Assembly (NCBI GenBank): GCA_021816955.1
Contig: JAKAWP010000001.1
Span: 10,290-74,289, forward strand
Origin: Thermoplasmata archaeon
GTDB taxonomy: Archaea; Thermoplasmatota; Thermoplasmata; Lutacidiplasmatales; UBA184
Length of the DNA: 64,000 nucleotides
Direction of reading: 5' to 3'
Below the pieces are notes generated by a model, which made no database searches, was not told the origin of the DNA, and was given only the letters and a program-made list of their open reading frames with translations. Of the stretch, positions 36,226 through 46,500 are shown piece by piece (position 1 is the stretch's first letter; every line of letters begins with the position of its first letter). The position numbers were made by a program, and so were the translations under genes.

Positions 36226-37287
36226 GTGGGAGCCGCGCGGCGTCCGTGGACTTACGCTCGAAGCGGCGTCGACCGGCGGGCGGTCTCGGTCGCGCTCGAC
36301 CGACTGCTCCGAGCCGCTCGGTCGCCCCGGCCCCCGCGCTCGGCCGGCCGGCCGGTCGGTGCGCCGGGCCATTACGCGGGGCTCTGGGCGATCGGACGCG
36401 AGGTCATCGCGGTGACCACCGACACGGTCGGGACGAAGGTGCTCGTCGCCGACGCGCTCGGACGGTGGGAAGAGGTCGGCGAGGATATCGTCGGGGTGAA
36501 CGTCAACGACTTGGCCGCGGTCGGGGCGCGACCGGCCGGGTTGGTCGACACGATCCTCTGCGCCGCGCCCGACCCTCGGCGATTCGCGGCGATCGGCCGG
36601 GGACTCGCCCGCGGGCTTCGGTCCGCCCGGTGCGCGCTGCTGGGCGGCGAGACCGCCGTCGTGCCCGAGATCGTGCGGGGAATCGACCTCGGAGGGACCG
36701 CCGTCGGCTTCTTTCCGCGCGGGCGACGCCCGATCCTCGGTGACCGGCTGCGCCCGAACGACATCATCCTCGGGCTTCGCTCGACCGGCTTGCACGCGAA
36801 CGGCTTCACCCTGGTCCGCCGTTGGCTCGCGGAGGAGCGGCTCCCGCTCGACCGGCCCCGGCCGGGGGCTCGGCGACCGCTCGGGGAAGAGCTCCTCCGG
36901 CCGACTCGGATCTATGTTCGGGCCATCGACGCGATCGCGGACGAGCCCGGGGTGCACGGGCTCGCGCACATCTCCGGCGGAGGCGTCCGCAACCTGGTCC
37001 GGCTGAATCGGCGGGTCCGATTCCGGCTCGACCAATGGCCGGCTCCGGACGGCCTGTTTGCCTTCATCGCCGAACGCGGCGGCATCTCTTTGCGCGAGAT
37101 GTACCAGACGTTCAACATGGGCATCGGGTTCGTCGTGATCGTCGCTCCGAGCGCCGCGGCCTCCATCGCGGAGCGCCTCGAGCGGGCCGGCGCCGGCCCG
37201 GTCGTTCGGCTCGGGTCGCTCGCGCCGGGGCACGGCGTCGAGCTCCCCCACCTCGGCCTCTTGTACGATGAGTACGGCGGCGCCTGA
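36226..37287 (+). CDS. purM: Phosphoribosylformylglycinamidine cyclo-ligase (AIR synthase)
   Basis: TYARSGVD...AVTTDTVGTKVLVA...VNVNDLAAVGARP and C-terminal FNMGIGFVVIV; first in-frame start GTG 36226. Confidence 0.65.
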   Translation: MGAARRPWTYARSGVDRRAVSVALDRLLRAARSPRPPRSAGRPVGAPGHYAGLWAIGREVIAVTTDTVGTKVLVADALGRWEEVGEDIVGVNVNDLAAVGARPAGLVDTILCAAPDPRRFAAIGRGLARGLRSARCALLGGETAVVPEIVRGIDLGGTAVGFFPRGRRPILGDRLRPNDIILGLRSTGLHANGFTLVRRWLAEERLPLDRPRPGARRPLGEELLRPTRIYVRAIDAIADEPGVHGLAHISGGGVRNLVRLNRRVRFRLDQWPAPDGLFAFIAERGGISLREMYQTFNMGIGFVVIVAPSAAASIAERLERAGAGPVVRLGSLAPGHGVELPHLGLLYDEYGGA

Positions 37288-37344
37288 CCCCGCCCGGACG
37301 AGAGCGCGGGGCTCGCGGAACCGGAGGGCCCCCTGATCGCTTCC

Positions 37345-38265
37345 GTGCGGACGCGCGCGCTCGCGGCCGGGCTCAGCGTGGCGGCCGCCTTCCTGTGGGC
37401 GACGTACTATGTCTTCATCCTGTCGCTCTCGGCCACGCCGACCGCGGTCGCCGTCGTCTTCTATCCGTTCGTGTTCGGCGGTCTCGGCTATCTGGTCTGG
37501 ATCGCGTTCGCCGGCCACGCGCGTTCGTTCGTGCAAGTCTGGCGGGAACCGCTAAGCTACCTACGCGTCGCGCTCCTCGTCGGGATGCAGTTCTCGGTCG
37601 TGGCGGCGACCTACCTCCTCGGGCCGGTCGACGCGTCGCTCCTCTCGCTCGTCGGCGACGTCGTCGTGACCCCGCTCATCGTCCTCGCCTTCTTCGCCCC
37701 GGTGGGCGGCGCGCACCAGCGGGCGGTGTTCTGGGTCGGCCTCGCGCTGGCGGCCGCTGGCGGGAGCCTCACGATCGTGGGCGGCGCGACCGTCCGGCCC
37801 GTGGCGGGGCTCGGGTGGCTGGTCGCCGCGATCGTGCCGGTCACGGTCGCGTTCTACTTCCTGCTCACCGCCCGAGCCAACCGGGGCGCCCCGGGGCCGG
37901 CCGTCGTCGGGCAATCGCTCGCGGCGGCCGCCGGGGCGACGTTGGTCGTCGCCGCGGTCAGCCCCGGCGGCCTCGGCTCGCTCGCCCTCGGCGACGCCCG
38001 CGACCTCGGGCTGCTCGCGCTCACGGGCCTCACCTCGTTCACGCTCGCCCCGGCGCTTTACTTCTCCTCCATCGAGCGGGTCGGGTTGTTCCTCCCGGCG
38101 CTGCTCATGGTGACGATCCCGATCTTCACCCTCAGCCTCGCGCTTGCGCTGCTCGGCCTCGTCCCGCCGTGGGCGGCGCTGGCCGGCATCCCGATCGCGC
38201 TCGCGGGAGCGGTCGCCGCGGCGTCCGGCGAGCACGAGCCGTGGAACCGCCTTCCCTCGAGCTGA
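37345..38265 (+). CDS. EamA/DMT-family transporter
   Basis: 10 predicted TM helices in two repeats. Confidence 0.55.
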   Translation: MRTRALAAGLSVAAAFLWATYYVFILSLSATPTAVAVVFYPFVFGGLGYLVWIAFAGHARSFVQVWREPLSYLRVALLVGMQFSVVAATYLLGPVDASLLSLVGDVVVTPLIVLAFFAPVGGAHQRAVFWVGLALAAAGGSLTIVGGATVRPVAGLGWLVAAIVPVTVAFYFLLTARANRGAPGPAVVGQSLAAAAGATLVVAAVSPGGLGSLALGDARDLGLLALTGLTSFTLAPALYFSSIERVGLFLPALLMVTIPIFTLSLALALLGLVPPWAALAGIPIALAGAVAAASGEHEPWNRLPSS

Positions 38266-38293
38266 CCGGCCTGTCCGCCGGCGCCGGCGGACC

Positions 38294-40747
38294 TCAGAAC
38301 AACGGCCGGGTCGTCCGCCGCTTCGGCCGGGGCGACCCGTCGCCGAGGGGAGAGTCGAGGGTGACGGGCGGCGTCCCGGCCGCCGCGGACGCCGGGGCCG
38401 GTAGCTCGGTGATGCGGCGTTGGTGGCTTCCTCGGAGGAGGGCGGCGGCGTCCCAGTCGAATACTTCGGTCACGCGCGCGAGGGTCTGGGCGACGCGGTC
38501 CGCATAGTACGCCCAGTCCGGCGTGCACGGATGCAAGGGCCCCTCGATCCACGGCTCGATCTGTTGGGGGGTGGCGCGGGAGTCGGTGACGATCCACGCG
38601 ACCTTCATACCGGGGATCACATCGTAGCCCGCCTCCTTGAGCTGACGGTAAACCCGGAGGAACGGGAGCGAGTCGCGGGTGCTTTCGTTGTACTCCTCCT
38701 CGGGACGGACCGTCCGGGCGATCACGAGCTTCTCGATCGGGACTTCTCCGTCCCGGACCGCTCGGACGAGCTCTCGCGACCGGCGAACGGCGCCGTCGGT
38801 GTCGCCCGCGAGGACGAGGTCGAAGACCTCGAGGAGCGCCTCCGACTGGTAGTCGAACGCGTCCGTCCGTCGGGTCTCGTAGCCGCGGATGACCGTCTCC
38901 TCCTTCGGCCAGAGCTGCCGGCCGACGTAGCGCTTCTTCGCGCCGTGCGAGAAGAAGGCGCTGTAGACCGACTGGAACTCGAACGTCGCGCCCGCTTGGG
39001 TGAAGCGCCGGGCGATCTCCTCGCCGAAGCGCCGGGCGCCGTCGAGCGACGCGTCGGGCGACTGGACGAAGACGGAGTCGGTGTCGGAGTACACCACGTG
39101 GTGTCCCTCGGCTTCGAGCGCGCGGATGATCGACGTGATCGCCTCCCGGGCGAACGCCGTGATCGCCGCGCCGATCTCCTTGTTGGTGAACCGGTAGAAG
39201 CTCGAGGCGAGGACGCCGTAGAACGAATTCATCAGGATCTTCACCGCGCTCTGGAGCCCGTCGTAGTACTGCCGCAGATCGTCGGAGTCGGCCGTGCGGG
39301 CGAGCGCCCGGAACCGCTCCCGGTCCTGGAGGAGCTCGCTCAGGATCGCGGGAATCAACCCGCGACGGACTTCCGGCGCGAGGAACCGCGCGGTCCCGTC
39401 GGGCGCGACGGTCGTTCCGTCCGGGCTGAGCGTCGTGAAGCAGAGGTTCTTGGCGATGATGATCGACGGATACATCGACTTGAAGTCGAGCACGACGACC
39501 CAGCGGTACAGTCCGGGCCGGATCGCGTGGACGTACCCGCCCTCGATCGGGGCTTCCCGACGGCCGAGGTGATTCGGCGGGACGCCGACCCCCTCCTGAT
39601 CGGCCCGGGGGATCAAGAGCGCGTCGATGAACTGCGAGGTCCGGCCGTTCAGTCCCTCCTCGAGCGGGAGGTGGGCGACCGTCGCGAGGTCGGCGGCTCG
39701 CTCCACCGTCCGCAGGCGCTCCAAGATGCGTCGCGCGAGCTCCGCGTCGCGCACGCAGTACTCGACGACCCGGTCCGGGTCGCGAGCCCACTCCTCCTCG
39801 ATCCGGCGCCGATCGACGTCCAGCTTCGATTCCCCGAGCAGGGTGCGGGCGACGTATTGCAGCGTCTCCTGCTTGGGCCGCAGGTCCCGGCGGGCGGACC
39901 ACCAGGCGTCGGCGATGACCCGTCCGCTCACCCGCCAGAGGCGCTCGCCGGCGTCTCTCGGCCCGCTTCGGTCGCGGCCGAGGGGGAGGGAGGCGAGGCC
40001 GAGCGCTTGGGCTCGCTCCACCAAGAGGGGCAAGTCGTAGCCGCCGATGTTGTAGCCGGTGATCACGTCGGGGTCGTCGTCTTGGACCACCCGGCAGAAC
40101 GCTTCGAGGAGCGCCCGCTCGTCCGACTCCCGCAGGCGGTACGTCTTCGGGGGGCGCGCCCCCCCGACGGCATCGCAACAGATGGTGAAGATCGTCCGGT
40201 CCCGGATCGCGTTCTCGATGTCGAAGGCGAGGACCCGGAGCGGGGGGCGGAACGGGTCGCACGGGCGGATCTCCCGCCCGTCGCCGTGGGCGATCCGAAC
40301 GACGGTGGGGACCGTGTAGCGGCTGCGGATCTCCTCCGGCTCCGGCTCGCCGTCGAACTCGACCGTGAGGCCGAGCCGCTTGTCGTAGAGGAATCGGTGC
40401 ACGAACGGGATGTCGCACGCGAGCACGCTCGCGTCGTCGTTCGGTCGACGGAACCGATCGCGGTACTCGGGAACCTTCCACGGCGAGCGGAGGGTGACCC
40501 GGATCCCGGGGCGCCGCCGGCTGCCGATCCACCGCTCGACGGGTTCCCACCGGACGATCTCGGGGTCGGCGTCAAGGCTCGCGCGGTTCGCCTCGGTCGG
40601 CTCGATCAGCTCGAAGTACGGTAGGAAATCGTAGTACCGGCCGACCACCGCGCGGCCGTCCGGCGTGCGGCCGAACAACTCGACCACCACGCCGTTGTCG
40701 GTGCGTTGGTACGACCCTCCCAACAGGAAGAGGCGAAACGTCTCCAC
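38294..40747 (-). CDS. polB: Family B DNA polymerase
   Basis: Exonuclease motif LAFDIENA and polymerase motif C VVYSDTDSVFV; 817 aa, no intein. Confidence 0.9.
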   Translation of the reverse strand: METFRLFLLGGSYQRTDNGVVVELFGRTPDGRAVVGRYYDFLPYFELIEPTEANRASLDADPEIVRWEPVERWIGSRRRPGIRVTLRSPWKVPEYRDRFRRPNDDASVLACDIPFVHRFLYDKRLGLTVEFDGEPEPEEIRSRYTVPTVVRIAHGDGREIRPCDPFRPPLRVLAFDIENAIRDRTIFTICCDAVGGARPPKTYRLRESDERALLEAFCRVVQDDDPDVITGYNIGGYDLPLLVERAQALGLASLPLGRDRSGPRDAGERLWRVSGRVIADAWWSARRDLRPKQETLQYVARTLLGESKLDVDRRRIEEEWARDPDRVVEYCVRDAELARRILERLRTVERAADLATVAHLPLEEGLNGRTSQFIDALLIPRADQEGVGVPPNHLGRREAPIEGGYVHAIRPGLYRWVVVLDFKSMYPSIIIAKNLCFTTLSPDGTTVAPDGTARFLAPEVRRGLIPAILSELLQDRERFRALARTADSDDLRQYYDGLQSAVKILMNSFYGVLASSFYRFTNKEIGAAITAFAREAITSIIRALEAEGHHVVYSDTDSVFVQSPDASLDGARRFGEEIARRFTQAGATFEFQSVYSAFFSHGAKKRYVGRQLWPKEETVIRGYETRRTDAFDYQSEALLEVFDLVLAGDTDGAVRRSRELVRAVRDGEVPIEKLVIARTVRPEEEYNESTRDSLPFLRVYRQLKEAGYDVIPGMKVAWIVTDSRATPQQIEPWIEGPLHPCTPDWAYYADRVAQTLARVTEVFDWDAAALLRGSHQRRITELPAPASAAAGTPPVTLDSPLGDGSPRPKRRTTRPLF

Positions 40748-40769
40748 GAGCCCGAGAGGAGGCCGGGCG

Positions 40770-41372
40770 TTAAATCCTCTGGGACGGTCGCCGCGTCCAT
40801 CGGCGAGCGGCGAGCCATCGGCCGAACCGTTCGAGATCGTGCTCCCAGCGCTCGCGAGTGGCGTGCGAACGGACGGCCGCGGGGTGGATGAGCGGAAACA
40901 GCGTTGTCCCGCCCACTCGCCGAGGGCGCCCCGCGGCCTGCGAGATCGGCGGGGCGCTCGGGTCGAACGCTCGGAGCGCGTGGCGGCCGAGCGGAACGAC
41001 GATCGGAGGTCGGAGCAGCTCCAGCTGGCGGTCGAGAAACGGACGGCAGCGCGCGGCCGCGATCGGGGAGTACCGGTTCGCCGGGGGCCGGCACTTGATC
41101 AGGTTCAGCATCCCGTACTCCGCCGCCGATAGGCCCAGGGCCGCCACCGCGCGGTCGAGGCGTTGGCCGGCACGGCCCACGAACGGTCGCCCGGCGGCGT
41201 CTTCGGCGGCCCCCGGGGCCTCCCCGACAAAGAGGACGAGGGGCGACGCCGAGCCCCGATAGACGACCACGCGCTGTCGCGTCGCGTGCAATGGGCAGCG
41301 GACGCACCGCTCGATCTCGGCCTGCAGGGTGGCCCACGCGGACGCCCCGACCGTGCTTTCCCCCGGACCCAC
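40770..41372 (-). CDS. Uracil-DNA glycosylase family 4 (4Fe-4S)
   Basis: GEAPG motif LFVGEAPGAAED and Cys cluster residues RCVRCPLH. Confidence 0.75.
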   Translation of the reverse strand: MGPGESTVGASAWATLQAEIERCVRCPLHATRQRVVVYRGSASPLVLFVGEAPGAAEDAAGRPFVGRAGQRLDRAVAALGLSAAEYGMLNLIKCRPPANRYSPIAAARCRPFLDRQLELLRPPIVVPLGRHALRAFDPSAPPISQAAGRPRRVGGTTLFPLIHPAAVRSHATRERWEHDLERFGRWLAARRWTRRPSQRI

Positions 41373-41437
41373 GACCCCCCGAGGCGACGGATCGGTTAGG
41401 CTTCTTGTACGACCGACGCCGTGTTTTCGGGACGAAT

Positions 41438-41446
41438 CTTATATAG
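41438..41446 (+). promoter_or_regulatory. TATA box for the S12-S7-EF2 operon
   Basis: CTTATATAG 35 bp upstream of ATG 41480. Confidence 0.55.
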
Positions 41447-41479
41447 CATGGCCCTGTGGCTCGGCCCCTCTTCCCAGCG

Positions 41480-41914
41480 ATGACGCCCCCGTCCGGACTT
41501 CATACCGCCGGCAAGCTCACGCAGCTTCGCCAGCGGCGACGCTGGTCGGACCGCTACTACAAGCGGCGGACCCTGCACCTCAAGGAGCGATCGGACCCGC
41601 TCGAGGGAGCGCCGCAGGCCCGGGGCATCGTCATCGAGAAGGTCGGCGTGGAGGCGAAGCAGCCGAACTCCGCGATCCGAAAGTGCGTCAAGGTCCAGCT
41701 GATCAAGAACGGCCGGCAGGTCACGGCGTTCGCCGTCGGCGACGGCGCCATCAGCTTCATCGACGAGCATGACGAAGTGATGGTCGAAGGGATCGGAGGG
41801 CGGATGGGCCGGTCGTACGGCGACATCCCCGGGGTCCGCTACAAGGTGATCAAAGTGAACGGCGTATCGCTCGATGAGCTGGTGCGCGGCCGCAAGGAGA
41901 AGCCGCAGCGATGA
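41480..41914 (+). CDS. rps12: Ribosomal protein S12 (uS12)
   Basis: [13 protein letters not shown]...[28 protein letters not shown]; ATG 41480 preferred over GTG 41456 by homology. Confidence 0.85.
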   Translation: MTPPSGLHTAGKLTQLRQRRRWSDRYYKRRTLHLKERSDPLEGAPQARGIVIEKVGVEAKQPNSAIRKCVKVQLIKNGRQVTAFAVGDGAISFIDEHDEVMVEGIGGRMGRSYGDIPGVRYKVIKVNGVSLDELVRGRKEKPQR

Positions 41915-42567
41915 GCGCCACTCCCTCCCGCCCGGAGCCGGAGCCCGCCGACGCCCCGGCGCCCGAAATCGCCCGTCCCGAGGCGCCCCCGCCGCCCCCG
42001 TTCGCGCTCCCGCCGCTCTTCGGCAAGTATCCGTTCGAGGGGATCGAAGTGCACGACCCGGGGCTCGGTCCGTACCTCTACCTCCACCCGACGTACAGCC
42101 CGCACACCGAGGGGAAGCTCTCGGGCCGCCCGTTCCAGAAGACCCGGATGCACCTCGTGGAGCGGCTCGCGAACCACCTGATGAAGGGCGGGAAGTTCAC
42201 CGGCAAGAAGTCGAAGGCGATCTCGACCGTTCGCCAGGCGTTTGACGAGCTCGCCGCTCAAGAGAAGGCGAATCCGCTCCAGCTGCTCGTGAACGCGGTG
42301 GAGAACGCCGCGCCTCGCGAGGAGGTCACCCGGCTTCAATTCGGTGGGATCTCCGTTCCGCGGGCCGTCGACTCGTCCCCGAGCCGCCGCGTCTCGGTCG
42401 CCATCCGCAACCTCGCCTTGGGGGCGATCCAGGCGTCCCACAAGTCGACCAAGCCGATCCACTCCTGCCTCGCCCACGAGATCGCGCTCGCCGCGAAGGG
42501 GGATCTGACGAGCTTCGCGGTCGGTCGCAAGGAAGAAGTCGAGCGCGTCGCCCAGTCGGCCCGGTAG
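41911..42567 (+). CDS. rps7: Ribosomal protein S7 (uS7) with Pro-rich N-terminal extension
   Basis: [23 protein letters not shown] and C-terminal S7 block; ATG overlaps S12 stop. Confidence 0.85.
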   Translation: MSATPSRPEPEPADAPAPEIARPEAPPPPPFALPPLFGKYPFEGIEVHDPGLGPYLYLHPTYSPHTEGKLSGRPFQKTRMHLVERLANHLMKGGKFTGKKSKAISTVRQAFDELAAQEKANPLQLLVNAVENAAPREEVTRLQFGGISVPRAVDSSPSRRVSVAIRNLALGAIQASHKSTKPIHSCLAHEIALAAKGDLTSFAVGRKEEVERVAQSAR

Positions 42568-42590
42568 GCCCTGAGAGCGGAGAGACGGTC

Positions 42591-44792
42591 ATGACGCATA
42601 TTCGAAGCGAGCTGGCGAAGGCCATTCCCGAGATGATGCACAACATCGACCAGATCCGGAACATCGGGATCGTCGCCCATATCCACCACGGGAAGACCAC
42701 GCTGAGCGACAACCTCCTCGCCGCCGCGGGGATGATCTCGAACGAGCTCGCGGGCAAGCAGCTCTACCTGAACTTCGACGAACAGGAGCAGGCCCGACTC
42801 CTCACGATCAACAACGCCGACGTGACGATCGTCCACGAATTCGAGGGCCAGCCGTACCTGATCAACCTGATCGACACGCCCGGCCACGTCGATTTCGGCG
42901 GGGACGTCACCCGCGCGATGCGGGCCGTCGACGGCGCGGTCGTCGTCGTCTGCGCCGTGGAGGGGGTCATGGCCCAGACCGAGACCGTGCTGCGGCAGGC
43001 CCTGCGGGAGAAGGTGAAGCCGGTCCTCTTCATCAACAAGGTCGACCGCGCGATCAAGGAGCTCAAGCTGACCCCCGAGTCGCTCCAGAAGCGGTTCGCG
43101 ACGATCATCGCCGAGGTGAACGAGCTGATCCGCCGGATGGCGCCCGAGGAGTTCGTCGACGACTGGATGGTCGACGCCCGCGACGGGTCGGTGGCGTTCG
43201 GCTCCGGATACGAGAACTGGGCGATCAGCGTCCCGTACATGCAGCGGACCGGCGTGAAGTTCCCGGACATCATCGAGTACGTCTCGACCGGCCGCTCCCG
43301 CGAGATCGCCCAGCGAGCGAAGATCAACGACGTCGTCTTCGACATGGTCGTCCGCCACCTGCCAAGCCCGAAGACGGCGCAGCGCTACCGGATCCCGAAC
43401 ATCTGGCGCGGCGAGCCGACCAGCCCGATCGGCCAGTCGATGATCTCCACGTCGACCGACGGTCCGACCGCCTTCATGGTGACGGACATCACGATGGACC
43501 CGAGCGCGGGGGAGATCGCCACCGGGCGGGTCTTTTCCGGGCGCCTGACGAAGGGAATGGAGCTTTACGTCGCGGGAACGAAGACGAAGGACCGGGTGCA
43601 GCACGTCTCGCTGTTCATGGGCCCCGAACGTCTCATGGTCGACGAAGTGACCGCGGGGAACATCGCCGCGGTGATCGGCTTGTCCGACGCGTTCGCGGGG
43701 ACGACGATGTCGACCCTGCCCGACATGGTCCCGTTCGAGGAGATCCGGCACGTCTCCGAGCCGGTCGTCACCGTCGCCATCGAACCGAAGCATATGGGCG
43801 ACCTTCCGAAGCTGATCGAGGTCATGCGGAAGGTCGCGAAGGAGGATGCGAGTCTGCGCGTCGAGATCAACCCCGAGACCGGCGAGCACCTCTTGTCCGG
43901 CATGGGCGAGCTCCACCTCGAGATCACCCAGTACCGGATCGTCAACGACTACAAGGTCGAGATCCAGGCGTCGAAGCCGATCGTCGTCTATCGGGAGACG
44001 GTGCGCGGGCCGGGCGGCCCGTTCGAGGGGAAGTCGCCGAACAAGCACAACCGCTTCTACTTCGAGGTCGAGCCGCTCCCCGAGCCGGTCGTCCGGGCGA
44101 TCAAGGACGGCGAGATCCCCCAGGGCAAGTCGTTCAAAGACCTCAAGACCCTCGTCACGAAGCTTGAAGGGCTCGGCCTTCCGCGCGAGGAAGGCCGCGG
44201 ACTCACGGCGGTCGAGGGGACGAACCTGCTGCTCGACGTCACCAAGGGGATCCAGTACCTCAACGAGACGATGGAGCTGATCATCGACGCGTTCAAGGAA
44301 GCGATGAACCGCGGGCCGCTCGCGAACGAGAAGGTCCACGGCCTCAAGGTGCGCTTGGTCGACGCGAAGCTCCACGAGGACTCGATCCACCGCGGACCGG
44401 CGCAGACGATTCCGGCGGCCCGCAGCGGTATCTACGGCGCGATGGTACTCGCCGGCCGCGTGCTGCTCGAGCCGTTCCAGAAGGTGACGGTCAACGTTCC
44501 GCAGGACGTCCTCTCGGGAGCGACGCGGGAGCTGCAGCGCCGCCGCGGCGAGATCCTGGACATGACGAGCGTCGGCGACCTCCAGACGATCGTCGCGAAG
44601 GTGCCGGTCGCCGAGATGTTCGGGTTTGCCTCCGACATCCGCAGCGCCACCGCCGGCAAGGTCCTTTGGGCGACCGAATCGATGGGCTTCGAGCCGGTCC
44701 CGACGGAGATGCAGGCCGCGGTCGTGGCGGAGGTCCGCCAGCGGCGCGGGCTCAAGCCCGAGCCGTACGACGCCGCGTACTACGCCGGGTGA
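42591..44792 (+). CDS. fusA: Elongation factor 2 (aEF-2)
   Basis: G domain AHIHHGKTTLSD, diphthamide-site HEDSIHRGPAQ; 733 aa. Confidence 0.9.
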   Translation: MTHIRSELAKAIPEMMHNIDQIRNIGIVAHIHHGKTTLSDNLLAAAGMISNELAGKQLYLNFDEQEQARLLTINNADVTIVHEFEGQPYLINLIDTPGHVDFGGDVTRAMRAVDGAVVVVCAVEGVMAQTETVLRQALREKVKPVLFINKVDRAIKELKLTPESLQKRFATIIAEVNELIRRMAPEEFVDDWMVDARDGSVAFGSGYENWAISVPYMQRTGVKFPDIIEYVSTGRSREIAQRAKINDVVFDMVVRHLPSPKTAQRYRIPNIWRGEPTSPIGQSMISTSTDGPTAFMVTDITMDPSAGEIATGRVFSGRLTKGMELYVAGTKTKDRVQHVSLFMGPERLMVDEVTAGNIAAVIGLSDAFAGTTMSTLPDMVPFEEIRHVSEPVVTVAIEPKHMGDLPKLIEVMRKVAKEDASLRVEINPETGEHLLSGMGELHLEITQYRIVNDYKVEIQASKPIVVYRETVRGPGGPFEGKSPNKHNRFYFEVEPLPEPVVRAIKDGEIPQGKSFKDLKTLVTKLEGLGLPREEGRGLTAVEGTNLLLDVTKGIQYLNETMELIIDAFKEAMNRGPLANEKVHGLKVRLVDAKLHEDSIHRGPAQTIPAARSGIYGAMVLAGRVLLEPFQKVTVNVPQDVLSGATRELQRRRGEILDMTSVGDLQTIVAKVPVAEMFGFASDIRSATAGKVLWATESMGFEPVPTEMQAAVVAEVRQRRGLKPEPYDAAYYAG

Positions 44793-44847
44793 CGATCGAG
44801 CCGACCGGCGACCGTCTCCCGCGCATCGAAAACAGCCGCGCGGGCCC

Positions 44848-44870
44848 AGTTACTACGCCGTGTAGTAACT
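44848..44870. terminator. AT-rich perfect hairpin between convergent EF-2 and ogt genes
   Basis: AGTTACTA-cgccgtg-TAGTAACT, 8-bp arms, the only AT-rich stretch in this region. Confidence 0.45.
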
Positions 44871-45562
44871 TAGGTCGCCGGCGCCGCGCCGCCCGAGGCG
44901 GCGGCGCCCGGCGGGCTTGCCGGCGGCGCCCGAGCGCCGACCTGCCGCCGCTCGAGCTTGGAGGCCGCGAGCTCGTCGAGGGTCCGTTGCCCCCGGGGCC
45001 GGGGGCCTTCGGCCGAGCGGGAGCGCAGCGGCCAGGCTCCCTCGCGTTCGAGCAGCCAGCGCTTGCGCCAGAGGCCGAGGCCGTAGCCGGTGATCCGTCC
45101 GTCCTGCCCGACCACCCGGTGGCACGGGACGATGATCGGGATCGGGTTGCGGGCCATCGCGCCCCCGACGGCGCGCGCGGCGCCGCGGAATCCGGCGCGA
45201 CGGGCCAGCTCTCCGTAGGTGATCGTCGATCCGGCCGGGACGCCCTCGAGCGTCTTCCAGACCTTTCGGTCGAACGCGGAGGCCGAGTCCGGCCGCGGAT
45301 CGACGTCGAACGTGATCCGCCGGCCCCGGAAGTACTCGTCCAGCTGCCGCGGAGGGCTGCCGGGCGGAAACGGCGGCTTGCGGCGGACGGCGCCGACCGC
45401 GAGCGCCGGCGCGGGCGCCCCCCGCTCGATCAGGTCGACCCGGTAGACCGCGCGCCCCTCGTAGACGACCGCGAAGACGCCGATCGGAGTGGAGAGCTCG
45501 GCCGCCTCCAACAGTTCGACCACGCGGGTCGTAGCACGTGGCCGCTTATCTCCGTTTGGCAA
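44870..45562 (-). CDS. ogt: Methylated-DNA-protein-cysteine methyltransferase (Ogt/MGMT) with N- and C-terminal extensions
   Basis: Active-site IIVPCHRVV and helix-turn-helix GSTITYGELARRAG; TTG start per track. Confidence 0.7.
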   Translation of the reverse strand: MPNGDKRPRATTRVVELLEAAELSTPIGVFAVVYEGRAVYRVDLIERGAPAPALAVGAVRRKPPFPPGSPPRQLDEYFRGRRITFDVDPRPDSASAFDRKVWKTLEGVPAGSTITYGELARRAGFRGAARAVGGAMARNPIPIIVPCHRVVGQDGRITGYGLGLWRKRWLLEREGAWPLRSRSAEGPRPRGQRTLDELAASKLERRQVGARAPPASPPGAAASGGAAPAT

Positions 45563-45571
45563 TCCGGCTGC

Positions 45572-46258
45572 TCAGTCGATACCGGACGAGGTGATCCGGA
45601 ACTCGGCGGAGCCTTCGGGCCGGGATCGGTGCTTGACGAGGATCGCCCGGCGGACGCCGGGCCCGACCTTCTCGAAGCGGACGATCGTCTTCGCCGCGTG
45701 GGCGAGGTAGGAGCCGCCGAGCGGCTCGAGCCGTCCGTCCCGGGGGTTGCGCCAGACTTGGTTGGTGACGACGACCGGCACCGTATGCGCCAGGCTCGTC
45801 GTGACGAGTTCCGCGAGCTCGAGGCCGAGGTCGAACCGGGCGTCGTCCTCCGTCGACCCCCCGAGAGCGAGCCGGTAGTACTGGGTGGCGGAGTCGACCA
45901 CGATGAGGCCGACCGGCCGCCGAGCCTCCCGGGTCATCGCGCAGGCGGCGCGCACCGCCCGGGTCTGCTCGGCGAGATCTTTCGGGGTCGCGACCCACAG
46001 ATGGCGGACGAGCCGGTCCAAGTCCGGGCCGGCGATCTGGCGCAGCCGCTCCGAGCTGAGGCCTTCCGTGTCGATGTAGAAGACCCACCGGCCCTCGAGG
46101 GCGACCCGCCGGGTCAATTCGAGGCAGACGATCGTCTTGCCGCTCCCGGCCTCCCCGTAGAATTCCGTGACGCAGTCGGGCTCGACGCCGCCGCCGAGCA
46201 GGTGGTCGAGCTCCTTCGCTCCGGTGGGGAGGCGGCCGTCGTCCATCGTGTCGGCCAC
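45572..46258 (-). CDS. radB: DNA repair and recombination protein RadB
   Basis: Walker A GEAGSGKT, RadB length (228 aa) without the RadA N-terminal domain. Confidence 0.75.
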   Translation of the reverse strand: MADTMDDGRLPTGAKELDHLLGGGVEPDCVTEFYGEAGSGKTIVCLELTRRVALEGRWVFYIDTEGLSSERLRQIAGPDLDRLVRHLWVATPKDLAEQTRAVRAACAMTREARRPVGLIVVDSATQYYRLALGGSTEDDARFDLGLELAELVTTSLAHTVPVVVTNQVWRNPRDGRLEPLGGSYLAHAAKTIVRFEKVGPGVRRAILVKHRSRPEGSAEFRITSSGID

Positions 46259-46338
46259 ACCCCCCGCCGCTTAAGCGCTCGCGAGAGCGGTCGGCGACCG
46301 CGCGGTGGCCGCGGGCCGGGGAGCGTCCGCGGCCGCGC

Positions 46339-46473
46339 TCAGCGGGCCTTGAGCACCTTCTTGACGTTCGGGTGCTCCTTCGTGAAGATCTTCCCGCCGC
46401 AGTTGTCGCACCGAACCCCAAAGAGGTTCGAGTCGGACGGCAGCGGCTCTCCGCACCGGATGCAACGGAACAT
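46339..46473 (-). CDS. rpoP: DNA-directed RNA polymerase subunit P (Rpb12/RpoP zinc ribbon)
   Basis: MFRCIRCGEPL...VRCDNCGGKIFTK; 44 aa; not in the ORF track (too short). Confidence 0.65.
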   Translation of the reverse strand: MFRCIRCGEPLPSDSNLFGVRCDNCGGKIFTKEHPNVKKVLKAR

Positions 46474-46500
46474 CGCGCGCCCGGCTCCCGCTCCGGCGGC

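Noticed and set aside
34633-37536. 967-aa minus-strand ORF
   Set aside because: Only the C-terminal 437 codons (dihydroorotase) are genuine. The upstream portion is antisense of the purM and EamA genes.
41456-41479. GTG 41456 as S12 start (track ORF start)
   Set aside because: Archaeal S12 N-termini align from the ATG at 41480; the TATA box at 41438 fits a leaderless ATG start better than the upstream GTG.
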